A DNA stretch of 64,000 bases from Candidatus Uhrbacteria bacterium (GCA_016188475.1 JACPHT010000008.1:150192-214191); one strand, 5' to 3'. Positions 1 to 8,756 are shown, numbered from the stretch's first letter. Numbers and translations: made by a program. The notes: a model not told the origin generated them from the letters alone.

Positions 1-231
1 AGTTTGAGAAAAAACTGGAATTTTTTTTTTATCAATCAATAAAAAATCTTTGCCGGCTTTGACTGAAACATTCCACTCGCGAAATACAGAATCGTATTTG
101 AGCAAATGCGCGAGAATTTTTGGTTCGGTTAAATCATTGATCGCGACAAACTCGATACCTTTTCTTTTCCAACCGACTTTAAGTGTTGTGCGGCCAATTC
201 GGCCAAAACCATTGATTGCGATGCGGAGCAT
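1..231 (-). CDS. gap: Glyceraldehyde-3-phosphate dehydrogenase, N-terminal part (runs off window start)
   Basis: Manual translation from ATG at 231: MLRIAINGFGRIGR...VAINDL...LAHLLKYDS, the GAPDH NAD-binding signature. Confidence 0.93.
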   Translation of the reverse strand, partial: MLRIAINGFGRIGRTTLKVGWKRKGIEFVAINDLTEPKILAHLLKYDSVFREWNVSVKAGKDFLLIDKKKIPVFSQT

Positions 232-303
232 AAAGAAAGAAGCTGAAGAAGTTAGAGAAGTTAAAGAAGCTGAAGAAGTTAAAGATATTTTAACATAAGC
301 AAT

Positions 304-326
304 AAAAAAAGACCCGAGATTGGGTC
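304..326 (-). terminator. Intrinsic terminator after the 335-1977 gene
   Basis: Minus strand GACCC-AATCTC-GGGTC hairpin followed by T7. Confidence 0.6.
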
Positions 327-987
327 CAAGTGCCTTACTTGCGAATGAACAGGAACCTGCGGTCAGCGCGCCACCCGTAGCCGAACCAGTTGTTGTTGAA
401 GATCCGCCTGTTAGAGTCGCCGCACAGCTCCGCAACACACTGAGCGCCACCACTCGTCGCGAACGAACCTAGAGCTAAGATGGAGAACTTACGCTGAAGA
501 TCAGGATGTTCCTTCTGGAATGCGTATGCCTCGATGTGAGTTGCGGGACGATAGCCAAGATTGTCCATCTCTGCGATTGCTTCCTCGGATTCGACCTTCT
601 TGTTGAAGTGCTGTACAAGGAAAACTTTCCCACCAGAGACTTCAGCGATGTTGAGATACGATGGGTGCTTCCTAAACTCTATGTCGTCGAAGATTCTTGA
701 AACGTTCCCTTTTCCGAACTCATTCTCAAGCTCGGAGAAAGACGGAAGTGGAGCGTAGGAGACATGGACAAAATACTCATTTACGCCGAGTGACTTTTTC
801 TGAGCGACTTCTGGTTTCTCGTATCGCACAAGAAAAGCCTCAAGCTCTGTCAGAAATCCGTCTTTGTTTACAAGAACTCCTGCACGATTGAACAGAGCGA
901 AGTTTTGAACTATTCCAGGCATGCCTTCACCGCCTGTCGCGTTCACACGTTCCTGCAAATCCTTGTCCCATGCAGGATAACTGTACC

Positions 988-1965
988 TGTACAGTAACCC
1001 TTCAAGGGTGACAGTTTAGTGGGTTAGGGAGAGATATTTCTCATAAGGAGTAAGACCGTCCATGCCTTTTCCAAGGTGTGGTCTTTGGTTGTTATACCAA
1101 TTTGTATATTGAGAAATGGTTTTCCAAGGACGGTTGAAGTTTAGATAGAACTCATCATCAACGGAACGATTAGCACGTTCAACCTTTCCATTCCATGGAG
1201 CAGAACGTTTAGGAATATAACGATGAGGAATGTTTCGTTTTGTGAGGTAGTTATGGAAACATCCTCGAAACTCTCCTCCGTTATCTGTTTGAATCCATGT
1301 AATGGAGAAAGGTAGTGAACGCTCGGCTCTAAGTAGCGCCTGAATACTCATCTGTGCTGTCTTAAGTGGAAGTGTCACAGAATACTGCATGTTTGTAACA
1401 GTATCTACAAAACGGAACTGATAGTTCCACCATCCTTCACCATCTGGCACATATTTCACATCTAATTGCACGTTTTCTCCTGGATTTGTTGCTTTGTATG
1501 GTTTCTCCATTGGGTTATACCAAATCTGCTTCTTTTGAGGCTTACGGATGAGATGTTTCTTTTTCATGAACCTGTAAATGTTCTTGGCAGATATCTCGAC
1601 TCCTGTTTCACGCTTAAGGTACACACGCATCTTCTCTGGACCATAATTGTACTTCTCTTTAGCCTCAACAAGCAGAACACGAACTCTGTCTTTAATCTTT
1701 GTGTGTGGATGTTCTCTTCTGTTCTTATATCTGTTTCCAAGAAAACCGTGATCACGCTTGTACCATTTGTAATAGGTCTTTCTTGAGATCCCATAAATAT
1801 CGCATACTTCAGGAACATTCATTCCTTTTACTTCTACCTGACGGTACCAACGGAATCTAAACTCACGAGGAGCTGCTGGGGTATGATTTTTAGGCATATT
1901 TCAAGGGAGTTACCCTTTGTTACCCCTAACCTAGCAGATTGTCACCTCATAAGGGTAACTGTACA
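988..1965 (-). mobile_element. Complete IS481-family insertion sequence (978 bp)
   Basis: 26-bp imperfect terminal inverted repeats TGTACAGTWACCCTT....GGTGACA (988-1013, 1940-1965), TGT...ACA ends, 5-bp direct repeat GTACC (983-987, 1966-1970). Confidence 0.9.
1016..1897 (-). CDS. IS481-family DDE transposase
   Basis: N-terminal HTH (VCDIYGISRKTYYKW), rve core QLDVK...QTDNGGEF...PWNGKVER, YNNQRPH. Confidence 0.92.
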   Translation of the reverse strand: MPKNHTPAAPREFRFRWYRQVEVKGMNVPEVCDIYGISRKTYYKWYKRDHGFLGNRYKNRREHPHTKIKDRVRVLLVEAKEKYNYGPEKMRVYLKRETGVEISAKNIYRFMKKKHLIRKPQKKQIWYNPMEKPYKATNPGENVQLDVKYVPDGEGWWNYQFRFVDTVTNMQYSVTLPLKTAQMSIQALLRAERSLPFSITWIQTDNGGEFRGCFHNYLTKRNIPHRYIPKRSAPWNGKVERANRSVDDEFYLNFNRPWKTISQYTNWYNNQRPHLGKGMDGLTPYEKYLSLTH

Positions 1966-2153
1966 GTACCTTGACATTTTCGATCCTCCGTATTGCCGGT
2001 TATCTTTGGATTAACAACTGCAAATCAGCCGTCTCTCCTATCCCGACAAACAAAGCACACGTCGCGCGCTGTGGCACAATACCCCAGCCAAACGACAATT
2101 AAAAATAACAAAAACCGACTGTTTTGTCAACAGCCGATCATCCAAATTTTATA

Positions 2154-2272
2154 CCCTGAGCTGGTCTCCCGTGAGCTTGTCCAGTTAGAAGCGTCGCTTC
2201 TAACTGGACTTGTCGAACGGTCGAAGGGATAAAATTTGGTTTATCCGTTTACAGCCTTCGACTGGCTCAGGC
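2154..2272. repeat. Nested REP-like palindromic repeat cluster (CCTGAGC..GTCGAAGG family)
   Basis: CCCTGAGCTGG...TCGAAGGG enclosing CGTGAGCTTGTC...GTCGAACG enclosing palindrome CCAGTTAGAAGCG-T-CGCTTCTAACTGG, then inverted copy GCCTTCGACTGGCTCAGGC. Confidence 0.75.
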
Positions 2273-2286
2273 AATAATTACCGAAG

Positions 2287-2874
2287 TCAAATACTCAACC
2301 TGCAAAACCTCTTAATCTGCATGTTCTCTCCAAGAGATGCGATTTTTTCTTTCAAATATTCTTCAATGGTTTTTTCCTCATCTTTGATAAACGGCTGTTC
2401 CAAAAGCGCGATCTCTGAAAACCATTTGTTCAATTTTCCTTCAATTATTTTTTCCATCACGTCTTTCGGCTTTGACTGGCCTGCCATTTCTTCAAGATAA
2501 ATTTGTTTTTCTTTTTCAACCATATCAACTGGAACATCGGCGCGCGAAACATACAACGGATCGCTCGCGCTCACATGCATTGCTATATCATTGCAAAAAT
2601 CAACGAACACTTCATTGCGCGCGACAAAATCCGTTTCACACAAAACCTCAACAAGCGCGCCGAGTTTTCCATTTGAATGAATGTAAGCATGCACTCGCCC
2701 TTCGTGAGTTTCGCGTTCAGATTTTTTCGCGGCTTTCACAACACCTTTTTTACGCAATATCTCTGCGGCTTTTTCTAAATCCCCGCCAGACTCTTCAAGA
2801 GAAGTTTTGGCATCCATCATTCCAGCGCCTGTTTGCGCGCGAAGTTGAGCTACAAGTTTGGCATCGATTGACAT
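2287..2874 (-). CDS. tsf: Elongation factor Ts (short form)
   Basis: LRAQTGAGMMDAK, EVLCETDFVARN motifs; downstream of rpsB. Confidence 0.97.
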   Translation of the reverse strand: MSIDAKLVAQLRAQTGAGMMDAKTSLEESGGDLEKAAEILRKKGVVKAAKKSERETHEGRVHAYIHSNGKLGALVEVLCETDFVARNEVFVDFCNDIAMHVSASDPLYVSRADVPVDMVEKEKQIYLEEMAGQSKPKDVMEKIIEGKLNKWFSEIALLEQPFIKDEEKTIEEYLKEKIASLGENMQIKRFCRLSI

Positions 2875-2937
2875 ATAGAGAAATGTCTAAAAGGTCCGAA
2901 AGGACCGAGAGGTCAAAAAAACTAAGAAGACAAAAAA

Positions 2938-3660
2938 TTAAACTTCGATTGGTTTTGCTTTTGGAGCCATAACTGTTGCTGTTGCTTTTCCTTCTTTCAC
3001 AGCTTCGCACACAGCTTTACACAAAAGTTCGATTCCTTTTACCGAATCATCGTTTGCAGGAATAATGTAATCAACGCCTTCAGGATTTACATTTGTGTCG
3101 CAAACAGCAAAAACTTTAGTTCCTGTGTCGTTTGCTTCACGGATTGATGTCCGTTCAGTGCGAATATCAATCACGAACAAAGCCTCTGGAATTTTCGTAA
3201 GCGACTCGATTCCTCCGATTCGTTTTTCCATGTCAGCAATTTCCCACTGAATCATGAGTTGTTCTTTCTTTGTATATTTTCGAAGTTCACCTTTGTCGCG
3301 TTGATCTTTCAAAGACTTAAAACGCTTAAGCGTTTCTTTGATTTGCCTAAAGTTAGTGAGTGTTCCGCCAAGCCATCGTTCAGTTACAAACGGCATTCCA
3401 CAGCTTTCCGCGTATTTTCGAACGATCGGAGCGGCTTGAGTTTTTGTTCCGACAAATAAAACGATTCCACCGCGAGAAACAATTTGCTTCATCTGTTCCA
3501 AAGCTTGATCAAGAAGTTTTTGAGTTTCTTCAAGATTAATAATATGCACACCACTGCGTTCACCAAAAATGAACGGTTTCATTTTCGGATGCCAACGTGA
3601 AGTGCTATGACCAAAGTGCATGCCCGCTTTGAGCATGTCGATGAGTGAAGGTTTGTTCAT
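2938..3660 (-). CDS. rpsB: 30S ribosomal protein S2
   Basis: AGMHFGH..RWHPKMKPFIF, RWLGGTLTNF, IPANDDS. Confidence 0.98.
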   Translation of the reverse strand: MNKPSLIDMLKAGMHFGHSTSRWHPKMKPFIFGERSGVHIINLEETQKLLDQALEQMKQIVSRGGIVLFVGTKTQAAPIVRKYAESCGMPFVTERWLGGTLTNFRQIKETLKRFKSLKDQRDKGELRKYTKKEQLMIQWEIADMEKRIGGIESLTKIPEALFVIDIRTERTSIREANDTGTKVFAVCDTNVNPEGVDYIIPANDDSVKGIELLCKAVCEAVKEGKATATVMAPKAKPIEV

Positions 3661-3743
3661 AAAATTTCTCCTTTTAGCTTTGATGGATAGATACGCGCCC
3701 GTTATTTACGGGAGGAGGCATACCCATTTATTCCACCTGTTTA

Positions 3744-3925
3744 TATAGACATCACATCCAAAATCGTACTTAATAACCCATTAAAATTGCGACTGGCTTG
3801 TGTTTCACTTAGAAAAATCCTCAATGTATCTACAGATACATTTGCGGTTTTTCTAAGTTGCAAAACCGCGCCATTCATCAATTTTTCTTGTGTTCTAAGT
3901 ATGATTTTGGAATGTGATGTCTATA
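3744..3925. repeat. Long imperfect inverted repeat (29/30-bp arms) in the rpsB 5' leader
   Basis: TATAGACATCACAT-CCAAAATCGTACTTA (3744-3772) pairs with TAAGTATGATTTTGGAATGTGATGTCTATA (3896-3925). Confidence 0.8.
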
Positions 3926-3941
3926 GTTGATTAATGCCGGC

Positions 3942-3970
3942 AGTGTAGTGATTTTTGAAAAAAGTGTCAA
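3942..3970 (-). promoter_or_regulatory. Sigma70-type promoter for rpsB-tsf
   Basis: Minus strand TTGACA (3970-3965), 17-bp spacer, TACACT (3947-3942). Confidence 0.7.
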
Positions 3971-4019
3971 GGGAAAAGCCAAAAGTCAGAAACTCAAAAA
4001 TTTGATATACTATTTTCAT

Positions 4020-4787
4020 ATGATTACAAACTTAAACGAACACAAATTTCTTCGTGTATTAAGCGCGCTTGTTCTTGTCATGCTATCTTTGTTTCTTATT
4101 TTCAAAACTTGGCAAACACTACGCGAGGCAATACAGGTTGGCAAACCAACACCGAACGAGTTCACAATCAGCGTTGATGGTGTTGGTAGAGCAGAAATAA
4201 AACCTGATATTGCAAAGGTTACGTTTTCTGTTGAAACAAGAGAAAAAACCCTTGAAGTTGCGCAAAACAAAAATTCAGAAAATATGAATGCTCTGATTGA
4301 AAAAGTTAAATCACTCGATATTGACAAAAAAGATATTCAAACAAGCACCTACAACGCTTACGAAGAAAAAAAATACGATCCGCAAACTGGAACTTATGGG
4401 AACACAATCAATTGGGTCGTTAATCAAAGTATCGATTTGACAATCCGTGATCTTGAAAAAGTTTCGTCCGTTTTAGAAATAGTGGGACAAAACGGCGCAA
4501 CAAATATCTCTGGACCAAATTTTGCTGTTGAAAACGATCAGACTGCTCTTGATGAAGCGCGTCTTGCCGCAATCGCTGACGCAAAATCACGCGCACAAAC
4601 AATCGCCGAACAACTAGGTGTCAAACTGCGATCACCAATAAGTTACACTGAATGGAAAGATGGGGGCGGAATAATTTATTCCAACACTGCAAAAGCAGAA
4701 AGCGTGTCTGCCACACCACCTACAATTGAAGAAGGCCAAGAACAAGTCACGGTTCACGTTAGTATTAGTTACGCGATCAAACAATAA
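4020..4787 (+). CDS. SIMPL/DUF541 domain protein
   Basis: N-terminal TM, ISVDGVGRAEIKPDIA, EARLAAIADAKSRA; start set to ATG 4020 after extended -10 TGnTATACT. Confidence 0.85.
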   Translation: MITNLNEHKFLRVLSALVLVMLSLFLIFKTWQTLREAIQVGKPTPNEFTISVDGVGRAEIKPDIAKVTFSVETREKTLEVAQNKNSENMNALIEKVKSLDIDKKDIQTSTYNAYEEKKYDPQTGTYGNTINWVVNQSIDLTIRDLEKVSSVLEIVGQNGATNISGPNFAVENDQTALDEARLAAIADAKSRAQTIAEQLGVKLRSPISYTEWKDGGGIIYSNTAKAESVSATPPTIEEGQEQVTVHVSISYAIKQ

Positions 4788-5877
4788 ACATCGCGTCGCC
4801 AAAGGAAAAAAATCTGTATTTTTGAGCGACCGCTTCTTTGTACGCGCGCAAAACATTTTCTCTTCCAACAAAAGCTGAAACCAAAACCAACAATGTTGAT
4901 TTTGGTAAATGAAAATTCGTGATAAGTCCATCAATTATTTTGAAATCAAAACCTGGTTTGATAAATAAATTAACGTCACCTGTAAATGCGATAAAAGATC
5001 CTTCGCGGAGCTTACCCTGAGCAAAGTCGAAGGGCTCAGGATGACAACAAGAGGAAGCAACACCTTCAAGAGTCCGAACCGTTGTCGTTCCAACCGCGAT
5101 CACACGCCGTTTTTCTTTTTTTGCTTGATTGATTCGATCTGCAGTTTCTTTTGAAATCGAAACAAACTCGCTGTGCATTTCATGTTCTTCGATCGTTGCT
5201 GTTTTCATTGGACGAAAAGTTCCGATTCCAACATGAAGCGTTACAAATTCAAACTGAACGCCTTTTGATTTTAATTTTTCCATGAGATTTTCAGTGAAAT
5301 GAAACCCGGCTGTTGGCGCAGCAACAGAACCTGCCTCTTTTGCGTAAATGGTTTGATAATCTTCCAATCGCTCCGGCTTATTTTTGACGTAAGGAGGAAT
5401 CGGAATTTCGCCGTACTCATTTGCAAAAACGATAACGTCTTCTGGCGCGCGATCAAACTTCACTAAAACTATTCCGTCTGACTTTTTTTCAAAAACTTCA
5501 CAACAAAGTTTTTTAATCCCGTATTCGAGACAAATTGTCTGGCCGACTTGCACTTTTCTTCCTGGCCGCGCCATTGTTTCCCAAACATTATTTTCCCGAG
5601 CGCGCAACAAAAATATCTCAATCTCTGCTTTGACCTTTCCGACCTCTCGGTCATTTCCGACCTTTCCAATCATTCTTGCTCGAAAAACTTTCGTATCATT
5701 AAACACAAGTACGTCGCCTTCTTTAAGTTCATCAACAATCTCAAAAAATTTCTTGTGCTTCAACTTCCCTGTTTGCCTATCTAAAACCATTAGACGAGAA
5801 TGGTCGCGCGGCAAAATCGAATGTTGAGCAATCAATTCTTTTGGAAGATGATAATTGAATTCTTCAATTTGAGTCAT
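4777..5877 (-). CDS. queA: S-adenosylmethionine:tRNA ribosyltransferase-isomerase
   Basis: LPKELIAQ, VFNDTKV, GSVAAPTAGFHF, VTLHVGIGTF, TNFHLPKSTL, YRFFSFGDAM. Confidence 0.97.
   Translation of the reverse strand: MTQIEEFNYHLPKELIAQHSILPRDHSRLMVLDRQTGKLKHKKFFEIVDELKEGDVLVFNDTKVFRARMIGKVGNDREVGKVKAEIEIFLLRARENNVWETMARPGRKVQVGQTICLEYGIKKLCCEVFEKKSDGIVLVKFDRAPEDVIVFANEYGEIPIPPYVKNKPERLEDYQTIYAKEAGSVAAPTAGFHFTENLMEKLKSKGVQFEFVTLHVGIGTFRPMKTATIEEHEMHSEFVSISKETADRINQAKKEKRRVIAVGTTTVRTLEGVASSCCHPEPFDFAQGKLREGSFIAFTGDVNLFIKPGFDFKIIDGLITNFHLPKSTLLVLVSAFVGRENVLRAYKEAVAQKYRFFSFGDAMFIV
4997..5045. repeat. Palindromic repeat inserted in frame in queA
   Basis: GATCCTTCGC...CCCTGAGCAAAGTCGAAGGG...CTCAGGATGAC encodes CHPEPFDFAQGKLREGS. 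Confidence 0.75.
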
Positions 5878-5938
5878 AATATGATGAATTTTCAAACTAT
5901 TGACAATCTTAGCCTGTATTGTTAATCTGCGCACGGAT

Positions 5939-6220
5939 ATGAAAAAAGCCATTCACCCAGAATTTTACGATGATGCGAAAATAACTTGCGCATGCGGAAC
6001 TGTCTACGAGGTCGGCTCAACAGAGCAAGAGATTGATGTTGAATTGTGCGCGGCATGTCATCCATTCTACACTGGAGAACAAAAGATCATTGACACAGCT
6101 CGACGTGTTGAGAAATACAAAGCACGTTCAGCGCTAAAAACAACAAAAACAACCGGAAAGAAAGTGAAGCGTGAAAAACGAGCAACTCAAAAAACAGCAA
6201 AACGAGCAAAAGAAGCTTAA
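5939..6220 (+). CDS. rpmE: 50S ribosomal protein L31 (Zn-type)
   Basis: MKKAIHP, CACG, CAACHPFYTGEQK. Confidence 0.97.
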   Translation: MKKAIHPEFYDDAKITCACGTVYEVGSTEQEIDVELCAACHPFYTGEQKIIDTARRVEKYKARSALKTTKTTGKKVKREKRATQKTAKRAKEA

Positions 6221-6227
6221 CAAAACC

Positions 6228-6260
6228 AAAAGCGTCTCTCACTTTGTGAAAGGCGCTTTT
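6228..6260 (+). terminator. Intrinsic terminator after rpmE
   Basis: AAAAGCGTCT-C-TCAC TTT GTGA-A-AGGCGCTTTT hairpin. Confidence 0.6.
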
Positions 6261-6330
6261 ATGTTATTATTAAAATAATAAAATCCCTTACCACTCGCCC
6301 CTTTTCACTCGCCCACTGTCTTCAAAAACT

Positions 6331-7398
6331 ATGTCCCTACTCGATAAACTACAATCTACAAAAAACCGATTTCAAGAACTCGAATCGCAACTCTCTGCGC
6401 CCGAGATTCTTTCAAATCCAAAAAAACTGCGTGAGGTTAATGAAGAATACTCGGATCTAAAAGAAGTTATTGACATTGCAAAGCGGTATGAAAAAGTGCT
6501 GGCGGATTTAAACGGAGCAAAAGAAACTCTCAAAGAATCAACAGACGAACAAATGCGCGAATTAGCTCAAACTGAAATCGAAACCTTGGAGGCCAGACTT
6601 CCATCGCTTGAAAGAGAGCTCCTGTATTCTCTTATTTCACCTGATCCAATGGATAAAAAAAATACGATTGTTGAAATTCGAGCTGGCGCAGGAGGAGATG
6701 AGGCCTCGCTTTTTGCGGCAGAACTTATGCGTATGTATATGCTCTACGCAGAGCAACAAGGATGGAAAACAGAACTCATTTCCTCAAATAGAAACGAAAT
6801 CGGGGGATTTAAAGAAATCATTTTGACAATCAAAGGTCACAATGTTTATAGCCGGCTCAAATACGAAAGCGGAGTACATAGAGTTCAACGAGTGCCAGAA
6901 ACCGAAAAACAAGGTCGTGTGCATACTTCAACTGTAACAGTCGCAATCTTGCCTGAAGCGGAAGAAATAGATGTACAAATCAAACCTGAAGATTTAAACA
7001 TTGAAGCAACAACAGCAGGTGGCCATGGCGGACAAAGCGTTAACACAACCTACTCGGCAATACGCATCACTCACATTCCAACTGGAATAATGGCGTCTTG
7101 CCAAGAAGAACGTTCACAAAAACAAAACAAAGAACGCGCTCTTTCAATTATTCGCGCGCGTGTGTTTGCTTTTGAACAAGAAAAAGCTCACAAGGAACGC
7201 GTAGAAGCGAGAAAAGGACAAATCGGAACCGGAGACAGATCAGAAAAAATCCGAACATATAATTTTCCGCAAGATCGAATTACAGACCATCGAATAAATG
7301 AAAACTTTCACAATATCACCGCTTTTATGAACGGCGGACTTGATGAATTGTTCGCGGCGTTGAAAGAAGCCGAGGTTGCGGAACAATTAGATCAATAA
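6331..7398 (+). CDS. prfA: Peptide chain release factor 1
   Basis: EIRAGAGGDEA, ESGVHRVQRVPETE (PxT motif), GGQ, RSEKIRTYNFPQ. Confidence 0.98.
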   Translation: MSLLDKLQSTKNRFQELESQLSAPEILSNPKKLREVNEEYSDLKEVIDIAKRYEKVLADLNGAKETLKESTDEQMRELAQTEIETLEARLPSLERELLYSLISPDPMDKKNTIVEIRAGAGGDEASLFAAELMRMYMLYAEQQGWKTELISSNRNEIGGFKEIILTIKGHNVYSRLKYESGVHRVQRVPETEKQGRVHTSTVTVAILPEAEEIDVQIKPEDLNIEATTAGGHGGQSVNTTYSAIRITHIPTGIMASCQEERSQKQNKERALSIIRARVFAFEQEKAHKERVEARKGQIGTGDRSEKIRTYNFPQDRITDHRINENFHNITAFMNGGLDELFAALKEAEVAEQLDQ

Positions 7399-7435
7399 AG
7401 AGCGTGTTTTGAAGAAACAGACTGACGACTTCTAC

Positions 7436-7513
7436 AAAAGAGCGGTTGTATCGTGTCGTAGGGAACAACGGCGACAGTCCGATGGCCCGGAGACACGATA
7501 CAACCGCTCTTTT
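7436..7513 (+). repeat. Conserved stem-loop motif copy 1 (also plausible prfA terminator)
   Basis: Perfect 22-bp stem around core GTAGGGAACAACGGCGACAGTCCGATGGCCCGGA, followed by T tract; related copies at 35541 and 37022. Confidence 0.8.
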
Positions 7514-7519
7514 TTAACC

Positions 7520-7541
7520 TTATCCACTGAATTGTGGATAA
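7520..7541. promoter_or_regulatory. Pair of inverted DnaA boxes
   Basis: TTATCCACT (7520-7528, 8/9 match) and TGTGGATAA (7533-7541, perfect reverse complement of TTATCCACA). Confidence 0.6.
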
Positions 7542-7549
7542 CTCAACTC

Positions 7550-7578
7550 TTGACATGTATTTTAAGTGGTAGTAAATT
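7550..7578 (+). promoter_or_regulatory. Sigma70-type promoter of the large ncRNA
   Basis: TTGACA (7550-7555), 17-bp spacer, TAAATT (7573-7578). Confidence 0.75.
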
Positions 7579-7584
7579 AGACGT

Positions 7585-8700
7585 TACCGTCAGTCAAGGC
7601 AACGCAAGTTGCAATGGCAGACAAGGCCTTCTTCGGAAGGCTGAGCCCCCCTTCGGGGAGATCGCGAAAAGGGCTGTACCGGTGCAAACTGGTCAAACCC
7701 TTCAAGCAAACGGCTCAAAAGAGCCGGCCGGCCTAAAACCGGATCATCCAGCGGAAACTTCGTCGCAAACACGTCTTTAAAAGATCCCGAAAGGGATTGA
7801 GATTCCAAGTAAAGATCCAGACTCCGAAAGGGGAAAAGATCTCAAAAAGGATCAAATAAGAATGTGGATGCGAAAAGCAAACAAAGCTGGACAAGTTGCG
7901 AAGCCCAAATGCTGGACAGAGGTTGGTCTTTCATCAGCCAAACGGAGCAACGGGTAACTCAAGCTCAAATGGCTGTTGATAGCCGATCGAAAACACATAA
8001 AAGGCTTCAAAAACTTGCGACTCGGTATATAAACCGGCGAAGGTCAGTGGTCCTCTTATCAGAGGATATCACTCAGCGAAAACCAGTGGTTCTTCGGAAC
8101 TCTAACGGTCGTAGCGTCTCAACGGGAAACCAATGAGAAGGAATAAATAGAGATAAGTCCTGTAAAAAGGATAAACTCTCCACCTGAGTGAGAAAAGAGC
8201 TTCGGCTCAACACCAGTGATCAGTCCATCTGAGGTTGAATTCCGCGTGTCTACTACTACTTGAATGCGCAAGCAAACAAGGAGCAGTGACAAAGGCGGAC
8301 TCCAGAGTAATCTGGATGTAGTGTCGAGAAATCGACATATATCAACACAGAGCCAATTCGACAACCGTTACAAGGTCTGGAGTCAAGGTGAAAACCTGAA
8401 ACTCAAGCCTAACAACCAGTTTTTTGGAGAAGCTCTTCGGGGCATCACCTTTAAACCAGTTGTGAAAGCAACAGCACCCTAGACGGAGCAACAAACGAAA
8501 GCGCGTTGTATGTCGAAAAGGAGTGGCCCGGGAGTAGGAATTAACTTGAAGTGATATATTGCGAAGTGTTTGGTGAGCGCCTTAACGGAGTTCCTGAACG
8601 CTGAACAGTGTTTCATCAATGGTTGATCCCTTCTCCCTGCCACTGGGCAAACCACATCTTCATGTCACTCTGATGGTCTCTACCATCTCTCCACCTCTTA
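7585..8700 (+). ncRNA. Putative large (~1.1 kb) highly structured non-coding RNA, family unassigned
   Basis: No credible ORF; five C(UUCG)G and nine GNRA-capped hairpins, long-range helices, G-U pairs on + strand, bounded by promoter and terminator; ends approximate. Confidence 0.8.
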
Positions 8701-8735
8701 ACGGCGCTCGGCTCCTCCGACGCCGTTCTTTTTTT
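8700..8735 (+). terminator. Intrinsic terminator of the large ncRNA
   Basis: AACGGCG-C-TCGG CTCCT CCGA-CGCCGTT followed by CTTTTTTT. Confidence 0.8.
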
Positions 8736-8756
8736 ATAACAACACTTAACTGATTA

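Larger units (their letters stand above)
335..1977 (-). pseudogene. IS-interrupted hypothetical gene (CPR family ending W..xxRFLF.RK)
   Basis: Removing IS 988-1965 and one GTACC copy joins ATG at 1977 (preceded by GGAGG) in frame to ORF 335-958, giving MSRYSYPAWDKDLQERVNA... Confidence 0.8.

Noticed and set aside
21-30. Homopolymer T10 in gap as a phase-variation tract
   Set aside because: In frame (KKKI) in a housekeeping gene of an AT-rich genome; no evidence of variation
7520-7541. Replication origin
   Set aside because: Only two DnaA boxes, no AT-rich unwinding element or dnaA/dnaN nearby
7409-8482. Short ORFs (7409-7780, 7590-7808, 7864-8136, 8119-8364, 8264-8482) in the prfA-prmC gap
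   Set aside because: No motifs, weak TTG/GTG starts, they overlap promoter and hairpin elements; dense tetraloop hairpins explain the region better as RNA
7585-8700. Identification of the large RNA as rRNA, RNase P, tmRNA or a group I/II intron
   Set aside because: No recognisable rRNA universal motifs, no GAGGAAAGUCC P4 signature, no tRNA-like ends or tag ORF, no domain V or flanking exons seen by eye; an Rfam search is still needed
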